In this document: piece by piece, positions 1 to 9,239 of the stretch
Layout of the letters: every line of letters starts with the position of its first letter
How positions within the stretch are numbered: position 1 is the first letter of the stretch
Source of the DNA: an uncultured Lichenicoccus sp.
GTDB lineage: Bacteria; Pseudomonadota; Alphaproteobacteria; Acetobacterales; Acetobacteraceae
Reading direction: 5' to 3'
Assembly: GCA_963693035.2 (NCBI GenBank)
Contig: CAXMMQ010000001.1
Coordinates: forward strand, 2,457 to 66,456
Length of the DNA: 64,000 nucleotides
Translations under genes and position numbers: made by a program
The notes under the pieces: generated by a model
Seen by the model: only the letters and a program-made list of their open reading frames with translations
Told to the model about the DNA's origin: nothing
The model's database searches: none

Positions 1-681
1 GTACGAGGTCTCGAGCCAGACCTCGCGGCCGCTCTTGACGATGCGCCTGAAGCGCGCCGCCTCGAAGCTGCCGCGCCTGAGCTTGTCCCAGAACGCCCGG
101 TAGTCGGCCGTGTCGCGCTCCCCGGGCGGCACGAACATGCTGTGGTGCCTGCCCTTGATCTCGGCGAGCGCATAGCCGGTGAGGGCCAGGAATTTTTCAT
201 TGGCGGTCTGGATCGTCCCGTCCAGGCCGAACTCGATCACCGCCTGCGACTTGTTGATGGCTTCGACCTGGCCCGCGCAGTCGGCATAGTCCGCCTTCTG
301 TTGACTCACGTCGGTTGCGAACTTGACCACCTTGAACGGTTTGCCGTGCCGGTCCAGCACCGGGTTGTAGGAGGCCTCGATCCAGACCTCCCGGCCGTCC
401 TTGCCGATGCGCTTGAACTGCGCCGCCTTGAAGCGGGCTGCCCGGAGTTCGGTCCAGAACGCCGTGTACTCGGCACTTTCGCGATCTTCCGTCGTCAGGA
501 ACATGCTGTGGTGCTTGCCGGCGATTTCTAGAAGCGTGTAGCCGAGGGCGGCGAGAAAATTCGCGTTCGCGGTCAGGATGACCCCGTCCATGTCGAATTC
601 GATGATCGCCTGGGACCGGCCGATCGCGGCGAGCGTGGCCACTGCTTCAAACGCCTCGATGCTGCCGCTCCTGCCGAACAT
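1..681 (-). CDS. PAS-domain methyl-accepting chemotaxis protein (BdlA-like), N-terminal part; runs off the left edge
   Basis: Manual translation from ATG 681: MFGRSGSIEAFEAVATLAAIGRSQAIIEFDMDGVILTANANFLAALGY..GKHHSMF. The PAS/PAC unit (HHSMF..FW..L..FKRIGKDGREVWIEASYNPV) recurs. Absent from the ORF track because it is truncated. Confidence 0.85.
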   Translation of the reverse strand, partial: MFGRSGSIEAFEAVATLAAIGRSQAIIEFDMDGVILTANANFLAALGYTLLEIAGKHHSMFLTTEDRESAEYTAFWTELRAARFKAAQFKRIGKDGREVWIEASYNPVLDRHGKPFKVVKFATDVSQQKADYADCAGQVEAINKSQAVIEFGLDGTIQTANEKFLALTGYALAEIKGRHHSMFVPPGERDTADYRAFWDKLRRGSFEAARFRRIVKSGREVWLETSY

Positions 682-737
682 GTGCGTAACCTCCGACCCT
701 GCGTTGACCACAGGCGCCGGCAGGATGCGGCGGTCAC

Positions 738-753
738 GTTAAGATCGGCTTAA
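738..753 (-). promoter_or_regulatory. CtrA binding site (TTAA-N7-TTAAC)
   Basis: Minus strand reads TTAA GCCGATC TTAAC, an exact match to the CtrA consensus, 57-72 nt upstream of the chemoreceptor ATG. Confidence 0.7.
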
Positions 754-765
754 GCGCAGGCAAGT

Positions 766-2972
766 TCAGCCAAAGACCGGATGTCCGTTGCCGGCGGTGA
801 AGCCGACCAGGTCGATGCGGGTGTTGTCGGTCAGCGTGATCAGGGTGTCCCCGGACGTGGCGACCTCGCTACGCACGGCACTGCCGGAATAGCCCTGCAG
901 GTGGATGATGTCGGCACCGGAATGGAAACCGGTGATGGCCAGCGTGCCGCCGGCGTGGCCCTGGATCAGGTCGAACACCTCGTGGCCGGAGCCGGTCGTG
1001 ATCAGGGCCGCGGCACCCGTGGCCGCCGTGAAGCTCAGCGAACCGGCGCCGCCGATGATGCTCGAGACGCCGCTTCCGGCTAGGATCGTTTCGGTGCCGC
1101 TGCCGGCTATGAACTTCATCGCGCCCGCGCCGCCGACCGCCCTGGTGGACGGTCCGTTCGCATTGATCGTGACGCTGCCGGTGCCGACGTTCACGGTGTC
1201 GCGGCCGAGCGTGGTGACCGTGCCGCCCGCGGCGCCTTCGTTGTAGGTGGTCGACGAGACGACCTTGAACGACTGTGTCCCGCTGCCCATGAGCGACAGC
1301 CGGACGCCGGGCTGCGCGGCGCCGTCGAAGCCGGCGCCGGTGACGTACAGGTTGCGGTCCGTGCTGGCTGTCCCGGCATAGAGGTCGTTCAGGAAGTCGA
1401 CCGACACGGTATGCGTGCCGGCGCCGAAGCTGCCCTCGACCAGGAAATCCTGTGACGCTCCGGCCCGCGTGCGACGCCTGCGCGGTCTGGGTGCCGCCGA
1501 CCTGCCTGCCGTCGACGCTGACGGTGAACAGCGCGTTGCCCAGGTAGGCGTCCTCGGCGATCCTGACGTCGATGGTGTCGGGCCCGCCACCGACGATGAT
1601 GGTGTTGGGCGCCGGAACCACGGGGGCCGGAATGACAGGGGTCGGCAGCACGGGTGTCGGAAGGACTGGTGTCGGAAGGACGGGGGGGCACGACCGGAGC
1701 CAAGGTGCTGGCGACCGGGTTCTCGACCTGCACGATGAGCGGGTGGTCGGTGACCGCGAGCTGGACCGAGCTGACATCGCTCAGGGTGGTGATCGCCGTC
1801 GTCGAGACCAGCGGATCGAACACCTCGACGCTGCCGTAGATTTGGCCGAGCTGGACGGTGACCGGGGTGCTGGCGGCGGTGATCTCGGTGCCGGTCGCCT
1901 CGTTCCAGATCTGCGGCTCGTTCCAGACCGCGATGTCGTAGGTGCCGTTCGACTTCTCGAGCGAGATGCTGTTGCCGGTCGAGGGCAGGCCGGTGACGGA
2001 GTAGGCGAGCGGCGTCGGCGTGAAGCTGGCGGCGTTGGCGCCGGTGTCGGCCAGGATCGAAACCAGGTCGTGGATCGCGGTGGCCGCTTCCTTGGGCGCG
2101 TTGCTCGGATCGAACAGCCCGTAGCCGTCATCGCCCTGCGGCGAGCCCGGCTGGTAGGCATCCATGAGCTGGTAGAGGTAGGTGCGCGAGATGCCGTTGG
2201 CGGCGTCGTCCAGCAGCAGGTCGAGGGTGTATTTCGCCTGCACGTCGGCGTTCACGCCGCCGCTGGTGCCGCCGTTGGTGGTGTAGCCGGTCTCGGTGAA
2301 CACCGCCGGTCCGAAGCCGGTGGCGGCGCTCTCGTTGCCGAGCGACTGGGTGGGCGTGACCCAGGCTTCCGGCGCCTGGCCGTTGTTGGGGTAGGGGTGC
2401 TGGGTGTCGTCGTCGGCAAGGCCCGCGGTCGTGGCCGGGTCGGGGCCCGCGGCGTTGCCGACCGTGTCGTAGCCGGTGAAGTAGTCCACTGCGACGCCGG
2501 CCAGGTTCGGATCGGAATGGACCGCGCTGTAGAGCGCCTCCTGGAGGTTGATGGCGCCCTGCTCGCCGCCGACCCCGTTGAAGGTGATCGGGGCGTTGTT
2601 GATCTCGTTGGTGCCTTCCACCGCGACGATGCTGCCCGGGACCGCCTCGTTGAGCTGGTCGTAGAGGGCGAGCTGCGCCTGCAGGGTGGCCGTCGTCATC
2701 GTGCCGCCGGCGCCGATCACGAAGGTGAACTTGGTGCCCTTCTCGGCGAGCGCCACGTAAGTGCTCAGGGGAGCCGAGCCGTTGACGCCGTCGCTGATGC
2801 CGTCCCGAACGTTGGTGATGCCGAGATCGGCGAGGTCGGCCTCGACGTTGGCAATGTTGGCGTAGCCGCCATCGGTGTAAGGAATATGCGTATCCACGCC
2901 CAGCGTGCCGAGGAACCCCGCCGCGGTGATGGTTCGGCCGGAGAGGCCGTTGACGCTTGCATCTGTTGTCAT
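766..2972 (-). pseudogene. Secreted multidomain protein: clan GH-A-like hydrolase + Pro/Thr linker + CBM60-like module + Gly-rich RTX-like C-terminus; two +1 frameshifts (possibly assembly errors)
   Basis: Three ORF-track frames join into one protein. 1389..2972 gives GVDTH, VEGTNE and FTETGY. 869..1777 gives (PVLPT)n and EDAYLGNALFTVSVDGRQVGGT. 766..1590 gives DFLNDLYAGTASTDRNLYV and Gly-rich repeats. Extra bases lie at G7 1682-1688 and at about 1464-1466. Confidence 0.75.
1611..1690 (-). repeat. Imperfect 15-nt tandem repeat encoding a (PVLPT)n linker
   Basis: Units gtcggaaggactggt / gtcggaaggacgggg / gtcggcagcacgggt on the + strand. Confidence 0.8.
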
Positions 2973-3113
2973 GGCTCGAACTTCTCCAGGGCGAGCCGTA
3001 TTGCGTAAATTATTCGTTACGTATCGACAACGTAAAACATTGCTATAACAAAAGCAAAATGCTCGTTCGGATCGGAGGGGTCGTAAAGATCCCTGTCTTC
3101 AGCCCGACTTCTG

Positions 3114-3989
3114 TCAGGGCTGCAACGCGAACAGCGGCGAATGCGCCTCCGCCGCGGCCTCGGCGGCGCATCGGCCCGGCTCGCCGGTCGCGCCGCCGCT
3201 GCGGGCGGACGCGATCTCGGCGGCCGCCCGCAGCATGTCGGCGCGGAAGCCCGGGCTCGAATGCAGCGCCGCGACCATGGCGGCGGCGTTGAGATAGCCG
3301 GCCTGCACGTCGCTCAGCCAGTGCACGCCGCAGATGATGCGGCTCTCGCCGAAGGCACGGCCACGCGCGAGGATCGCGCTTGACTGGTCAGGCGCCAGTT
3401 CGGCGAGCAGCAGGGCAAGCGTCCAGCCCACCGTGGTATGGCCGGACGGATAGGACGCGCTGGTGTCGAGACTGGTGCCGCGCGCGACGCAGATCGGCGC
3501 GTCGTTGCCGATATAGGGGCGCCGGCGCCCGTAACGGTCCTTCACCGCGTCGGTCTCCGGGCGGCTGTCCAGCGCGATGCGGTCGAGCAGCCGGTACAGC
3601 GTGGGCGCGGTGTGCCGGTCCGGTCGCACCCCCAGGGCGCAGGTGAAGTCCGCCATCAGGTCGTCGGTATCGAGTTGCGCGTCGCCGGTGGCGAGCGCCC
3701 AGCGCTGCGGGTCCTGCCCGCGGACCGTCCTGCTGTGGCGGAACACCGTCTGGTCGAGCCGCAACACCGGCGAGCCCGCAGCCGGAGGCGGCGGCAGCAC
3801 GCGCAGGCCATCCGGACGAGCATCCGCGCCCAGGTAGGGCGTCAGGACGGCCGACGCCTGCGGCATCGCGGGCGGCGGGACGGCCGGTTGCGTGCATCCC
3901 GCCAGCAGGAGGGCGGCGATGAGGACCGGCGGGAAAGGCAGGCGAGGCGCAAGGCCCGGCAGGCGTGGCGCTGCGTGTGTCGGCGTCAC
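3114..3989 (-). CDS. Class A non-specific acid phosphatase (PAP2 family), probable lipoprotein
   Basis: Motifs K-x6-RP (KDRYGRRRP), SYPSGH and SRIICGVHW. Lipobox LLAGC. GTG start overlaps the upstream stop (GTGA). Confidence 0.9.
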   Translation of the reverse strand: MTPTHAAPRLPGLAPRLPFPPVLIAALLLAGCTQPAVPPPAMPQASAVLTPYLGADARPDGLRVLPPPPAAGSPVLRLDQTVFRHSRTVRGQDPQRWALATGDAQLDTDDLMADFTCALGVRPDRHTAPTLYRLLDRIALDSRPETDAVKDRYGRRRPYIGNDAPICVARGTSLDTSASYPSGHTTVGWTLALLLAELAPDQSSAILARGRAFGESRIICGVHWLSDVQAGYLNAAAMVAALHSSPGFRADMLRAAAEIASARSGGATGEPGRCAAEAAAEAHSPLFALQP

Positions 3990-4847
3990 GATGTTCCGTC
4001 CCGGGTCTCGGCGTGCATCCGTGCTCTCCCGCCGAAGAAGCTGCGGAAGGCGGCGGCGACCGCTTCGGGGGCCTCCTCGGCGAGGAAGTGACCGGCCGGC
4101 AGCGGGCCGCCGCTCACTTCGCCGTCGACGCACTCGCGCCACAAGGTCAACGGGTCGTACCAGCCGCCGATGCGGCCGCCGGTGCCCCACATCACCAGGG
4201 TCGGGCAGGTGATCCGGGTGCGCCGGCCGAACGCCACCAGCGGGCCGGCCCCCTGGTCCGGCGGCAACGCATGCGCGGCCACCCCGCCAAGGCCGCCGCC
4301 GACGCGCAGATAGTCGGCGATTGCCTCGGGATGGAAAAACGGCGCATCCTCGCGCGTGGCCGGGCTGCGGAACCAGGCATCCGGCGCCCGCGTCACCAGC
4401 GCCTCCGGCTTGGGATGGAGCTGCCCGAACCAGCAGCTCTGGTAGCCGGCCAGCGCGTAGGCCATGTCGTTGCGGTCGAGATGCTCGGGGATCGGCACGA
4501 TCTCCAGCGCCGCCAGCCGCTGCACCCGGTCCGGGGCATCGAGCGCCATCCGGGCCGCGACATGGCCGCCGACATCGTGCCCGGCCACCCCGAAGCTGCG
4601 ATGGCCGAGGCGGTCCATCAGCGCCAGCATGTCGTCGGCGAGCCGGCGTTCGCTGCGGCCGGGATGCAGGTCCGGGCAGACCAGGCTGAAGCGATCGGCC
4701 AGCAGCCCGGCCACGCCATGCCACATCGCATGGCTCTGCGGCTGGCCGTGCAGCAGCAGCAAGGCGGGGCCGGCGCCCCCGGTGCGCAGCCGTACCCCCC
4801 GCCGCGTCTTGCGGATCCTCGTGCAGGATGAAGCCGTCGAAGAACAT
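3986..4847 (-). pseudogene. Alpha/beta hydrolase, epoxide hydrolase/haloacid dehalogenase family; one +1 frameshift near the 5' end
   Basis: MFFDGFILHE lies in one frame. RLRTGGAGPALLLLHGQP, GHDVGG and GHFLAEEAP lie in the 3986..5068 frame. The extra base falls between about 4795 and 4820 (C6 run at 4795-4800). Confidence 0.75.
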
Positions 4848-4952
4848 CCTGCGTGCATATCCCGGCGAGACCAGGCCGGTCGAGACGCACCGCGTGCAAG
4901 CCACGGGCTTTTGTGGCAGAGCACCATCGACCTGCGAGGACGAGGGTATTCG

Positions 4953-6413
4953 ATGTCGGGCCTGGACCCGGAGGATTGGAGCGGTCTGCGCGCACTCGGG
5001 CACCGGATGCTGGACGACATGATCGACCGCCTCGCCCATCTGCGCGAGCAGCCGGTCTGGCAGCACATGCCGGATGCGCTTCGCGACGAGCTGCGCGTGC
5101 CGCTGCCCGAGGCAGGGTCGTCGCCGGAGGCGATCTATGCCGACTTCCAGCGACTGGTGGCGCCCTACAGCGTCGGCAACACGCATCCGCGCTTCATGGG
5201 ATGGGTGCATGGCGGCGGCACCGGGATCGGCATGCTCGCCGAGCTGCTGGCGGGCGGCCTGAACGCCAATCTCGGCGGCCGCGACCACGCCCCGATCGAG
5301 GTCGAGCGGCAGGTGGTGCGCTGGGCGGCCGAGATGGTCGGCATGCCGGCGGCAAGCTCCGGCCTGCTGGTCACCGGCTCGTCGATGGCGAACATGATCG
5401 CGGTCCTGGTCGCCCGCCGCGGCATGCGGGCGGACCCGACGTGCGGACGCATGGCGTCGGCGGCAGGAGCCTGGTCGGCTATGCGGCGTCGGAGTGCGCA
5501 TGGCTGCATCCCGCGCGCCTTCGACCTGGCGGGGCTCGGCACCGCGGCACTGCGCACCATCGGCTGCGATCCCACGCATGGGCTCGACATCGAGGCGCTG
5601 CGGGCCGCGGTGGCGCGCGACCGAAATGACGGGCTGCAGCCGTTCATTGTCGTGGCGACCGCCGGGACAGTCGATACCGGCAGCATCGACGACCTCGCCG
5701 GGCTCGCCGAGTTCTGCGCCGCCGAGGGGCTGTGGTTCCATGTCGACGGCGCCTTCGGGGCTCTCGCCGCGCTCTCGCCACGGCTGCGCCAGCGTCTCGC
5801 CGGCATCGAGCGCGCCGACAGCCTGGCGTTCGATTTCCATAAATGGGCGCAGGTTCCGTACGACGCCGGCTGCATCGTGGTGCGCGATCCGACGCTGCAG
5901 GCGCAGACCTTCGCGCAGAGCCTGGCCTACCTCGCGCGCGAGGATCGCGGCACCGCCGGCAACGCGCCGTGGCCGGCCGATCTCGGCCCGGACCTGTCGC
6001 GTGGCTTTCGCGCGCTCAAGGTGTGGATGACGCTGCGCACCTATGGCAGCGCCGAGATCGGCCGGATGGTCGAGCGCTGCTGCGCGCTGGCGGCCCATCT
6101 CGAGGCGCGCGTGCTGGCGGAGCCGGAGCTCGAGCTGCTGGCGCCGGTGTCGCTCAACATCGTGTGCTTCCGCGTGCGGCACCTGGACGCATCCCGGTCC
6201 GACCCGGACCGGGTGGATTGGGACCGGTTCAACTCCGAGCTGGTCAAGGACCTGCAGGAATCCGGCATCGCGGTGCCCTCGACGACGATGATCGGCGGCC
6301 GTCGGGCGATCCGGGCCGCGATCGTCAACCATCGCACCGAGACCGGCGACATCGACATGATGGTCGATGCGCTGCTGCGGCTCGCGGCCGCGCGCGGCGC
6401 CTGCGCTCCCTGA
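4953..6413 (+). CDS. Group II PLP-dependent decarboxylase (aromatic L-amino-acid/glutamate decarboxylase family)
   Basis: HPRFMGWV, VATAGTVDTGSIDD, HVDGAFG and FDFHKW (PLP lysine). About 20 codons at 5420-5495 look locally frameshifted. Confidence 0.9.
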   Translation: MSGLDPEDWSGLRALGHRMLDDMIDRLAHLREQPVWQHMPDALRDELRVPLPEAGSSPEAIYADFQRLVAPYSVGNTHPRFMGWVHGGGTGIGMLAELLAGGLNANLGGRDHAPIEVERQVVRWAAEMVGMPAASSGLLVTGSSMANMIAVLVARRGMRADPTCGRMASAAGAWSAMRRRSAHGCIPRAFDLAGLGTAALRTIGCDPTHGLDIEALRAAVARDRNDGLQPFIVVATAGTVDTGSIDDLAGLAEFCAAEGLWFHVDGAFGALAALSPRLRQRLAGIERADSLAFDFHKWAQVPYDAGCIVVRDPTLQAQTFAQSLAYLAREDRGTAGNAPWPADLGPDLSRGFRALKVWMTLRTYGSAEIGRMVERCCALAAHLEARVLAEPELELLAPVSLNIVCFRVRHLDASRSDPDRVDWDRFNSELVKDLQESGIAVPSTTMIGGRRAIRAAIVNHRTETGDIDMMVDALLRLAAARGACAP

Positions 6414-6579
6414 CGAGCCGGGTGTTGTTTTCGCCGGGATATAGCGAAGCGACTGGATTATCACTCAGATTCGACATCGACGCGAAGGTTTGCTCATCTC
6501 CCCGCCGGGACACGATGCGCCGCCGGCCCGTAGGCGAGCCGCACGGGAGACCTGCCCAGGGCGGGTCAAAGGAAATCCG

Positions 6580-7032
6580 ATGATTAAGCTGCTGGTCAAC
6601 GGCGAGAGCCACCAGGTCGATCTGCCCCCCGACATGCCGGTATTGTGGGCTCTTCGCGACGTGCTGGGTCTCACCGGGACCAAGTTCGGCTGCGGGATCG
6701 CGCAGTGCGGCGCCTGCACGGTGCATCTCGGCGGCGAGGCGGTGCGCTCCTGCCTGCTGCCGCTCGCCAGCGTCGACGGCCGTCCCATCACCACCATCGA
6801 GGCGATCGGCGCCACCCCGAACGGTGCCCGCGTGCAGAAGGCGTGGCTGGAGACCGAGGTGGTGCAGTGCGGCTACTGCCAGTCCGGCCAGATCATGTCG
6901 GCGACCGCGCTGCTGGACCGCGTGCCGAAGCCGAGCGACGCCGACATCGATGCCGCGATGGCCGGAAATATCTGTCGCTGCGGCACCTATGTGCGAATAC
7001 GCAAGGCGATCCATTCGGCGGCGCAGGCGTGA
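6580..7032 (+). CDS. 2x[2Fe-2S] small subunit of a Mo aldehyde/isoquinoline-type oxidoreductase
   Basis: [28 protein letters not shown] and NICRCGTY. Confidence 0.95.
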   Translation: MIKLLVNGESHQVDLPPDMPVLWALRDVLGLTGTKFGCGIAQCGACTVHLGGEAVRSCLLPLASVDGRPITTIEAIGATPNGARVQKAWLETEVVQCGYCQSGQIMSATALLDRVPKPSDADIDAAMAGNICRCGTYVRIRKAIHSAAQA

Positions 7033-7061
7033 GGGGCGTCGCAGCAGAGAGGGAGGGGCCG

Positions 7062-9239
7062 ATGAACGCGATCGCACCGTCGGCCAGCCGCCGCAGCATG
7101 CTGAAGGGCGGACTTGCCATCAGCGGCGGCCTGCTGCTCGGGCTGCACCTCCCCAGCATCGCCAGGGCGGCCGATGCGGCCGGCGCCGCGACTGGCGCTC
7201 TATTCGCACCGAACGCCTATATCCGCATCGATCGCGAAGGCGCGGTCACGCTGATCATGCCTGACACCGAATGCGGCCAGGGCATCTGGACCTCGACGGC
7301 GATGCTGCTCGCCGAGGAGCTCGAGGTCGGCATGGACCAGGTCCGGCTGCAGGCCGCACCGCCCGACAACAAGCGCTATGCGAGCCCGCTGCTCGGCGAG
7401 CAGGCAACCGGCGGTTCGGCCTCGACACGCGCCGACTGGCTCCCGCTGCGCAAGGCGGCGGCCGCGGCGCGGACCATGCTGGTGCAGGCGGCCGCCCGGC
7501 GCTGGAGCGTCGATCCCGCAACCTGCACGGCGGCGCGTGCCGTGGTGACCCATGCCGCAAGCGGCCGGACGCTCGCCTATGGCGCGCTGGTCGACGATGC
7601 GACGCTGCTGCCGGTGCCCGACGGCGTCAAGCTCAAGGATGCCGCCGCGTTCAAGCTGATTGGTACGCCGCAGAAGCGGCTCGACACGCCGGACAAGGTG
7701 AACGGCCGCGCGATCTACGGCATCGACATAAAGCTGCCGGGCCTGAAGATCGGGACCGTGTCGGCGAGCCCGGTGCGCGGCGGCCGGCTGGTCTCCATCA
7801 ACGAGGCGGCGGCGCGCGCGGTGCCCGGCGTGCGCGACGTGGTGAAGCTCGACGACGCCTATGCGGTGATCGGTGACCATATGTGGGCGGCGAAACAGGG
7901 GCTGCAGGCGGCGGCTGCGGTCTGGGATGACGGGCCGAATGCCGGCGTGTCGTCCGCAGGCCTGATCCATGCGCTGGATGTGGCGTCGCAGACCGCGGGC
8001 GTGGTTGCCAAGCACGAGGGCGACGCTGCGGCGGCGATCAAGGCGGCGGCGAAGACCATCGACTTGGTCTACGAGCTTCCGTTCCTGTCGCATGCGCCGA
8101 TGGAGCCGATCAACACCACGATCCATGTGCGGCCGGACGGGGCCGATCTCTGGGTCGGCACCCAGGTGCCGGTGCGCGCGCAGATGACGGTGGCGCACGA
8201 GACCGGGCTCTCGCCGGAGACGGTCCAGGTGCACAACCAGATCATGGGCGGCGCCTTCGGCCGCCGGCTCGACGTCGACAGCATCACCCAGGCAGCGCGG
8301 ATCGCCAAGCACCTCGACTATCCAGTGAAGCTGATCTGGACCCGCGAGGAGGATATCCAGCACGACCTGTACCGGCCCTCGTACTATGACCGGATCTCAG
8401 CCGGCCTGGATGCGAAGGGCGCGATCGTCGGCTGGACGCACCGGGTCACCGGCTCGTCGGTGATGGCCCGCTGGGCGCCTCCGGGCATGAAGCAGGGCGG
8501 CAGGCTCGATCCCGACGCGGTCGAGGGTGCGGCCGAAACACCGTACGACCTGCCGGCGCATCACGTCGAATATGTGCGCGCGGAGCCGCAGGGACTGACC
8601 ACGGCCTGGTGGCGCGGCGTCGGGCCGACGCACAACGTGTTCGTGGTCGAAAGCGTCATCGACGAGCTGGCCGGCGCCGCCGCGCAGGACCCGGTCGCGT
8701 TCCGCACTGGCCTGCTCGGCAAGAATCCGCGCGCGCTCGCCGTGCTCGAACTCGCGGCCTCGAAATCCGGCTGGGGCCAGGCGCCCCCGAAGGGACGCGG
8801 TCGCGGGGTGGCGCTGCAGTTCGCGTTCGGGAGCTACCTCTGCGCCGTGCTGGAAGTCGAGGTCACGCCGGACGGCTCGGTGCGTGTGCATCACGCCGAC
8901 GTCGCGGTGGATTGCGGGCCGGTCGTCAATCCCGACACGATACGGGCGCAGATCGAGGGCGGGCTCATCTTCGGGCTGACGATGGCGCTGTACAGCGAAA
9001 TCACGCTCAGCAACGGCCGTGTCGACCAGAGCAACTTCCACGACTACCGCATGATGCGCATCAACGAGGCGCCGGTGATCGACGTGCATATCGCCGACAA
9101 CCCGGGCGGCTCGATCGGCGGCATCGGCGAGACCGGCACCGCGATCGCAGCCCCCGCCCTGGCGAATGCCATCTTCGCCGCCAGCGGGCGACGCCTGCGC
9201 CGCATTCCGTTTGCCACCGGCCAGTTGACATCGGCATGA
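7062..9239 (+). CDS. Molybdopterin-binding large subunit (xanthine dehydrogenase/IorB family) with Tat signal
   Basis: SRRSMLKGG twin-arginine motif; ECGQG, GGAFGRR, WWRGVG and GGIGETG. Confidence 0.95.
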   Translation: MNAIAPSASRRSMLKGGLAISGGLLLGLHLPSIARAADAAGAATGALFAPNAYIRIDREGAVTLIMPDTECGQGIWTSTAMLLAEELEVGMDQVRLQAAPPDNKRYASPLLGEQATGGSASTRADWLPLRKAAAAARTMLVQAAARRWSVDPATCTAARAVVTHAASGRTLAYGALVDDATLLPVPDGVKLKDAAAFKLIGTPQKRLDTPDKVNGRAIYGIDIKLPGLKIGTVSASPVRGGRLVSINEAAARAVPGVRDVVKLDDAYAVIGDHMWAAKQGLQAAAAVWDDGPNAGVSSAGLIHALDVASQTAGVVAKHEGDAAAAIKAAAKTIDLVYELPFLSHAPMEPINTTIHVRPDGADLWVGTQVPVRAQMTVAHETGLSPETVQVHNQIMGGAFGRRLDVDSITQAARIAKHLDYPVKLIWTREEDIQHDLYRPSYYDRISAGLDAKGAIVGWTHRVTGSSVMARWAPPGMKQGGRLDPDAVEGAAETPYDLPAHHVEYVRAEPQGLTTAWWRGVGPTHNVFVVESVIDELAGAAAQDPVAFRTGLLGKNPRALAVLELAASKSGWGQAPPKGRGRGVALQFAFGSYLCAVLEVEVTPDGSVRVHHADVAVDCGPVVNPDTIRAQIEGGLIFGLTMALYSEITLSNGRVDQSNFHDYRMMRINEAPVIDVHIADNPGGSIGGIGETGTAIAAPALANAIFAASGRRLRRIPFATGQLTSA

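Noticed and set aside
3114-6464. 1116-aa ORF in the track
   Set aside because: Chimeric: the antisense of the decarboxylase plus the first codons of the hydrolase plus the true phosphatase gene (3114..3989).
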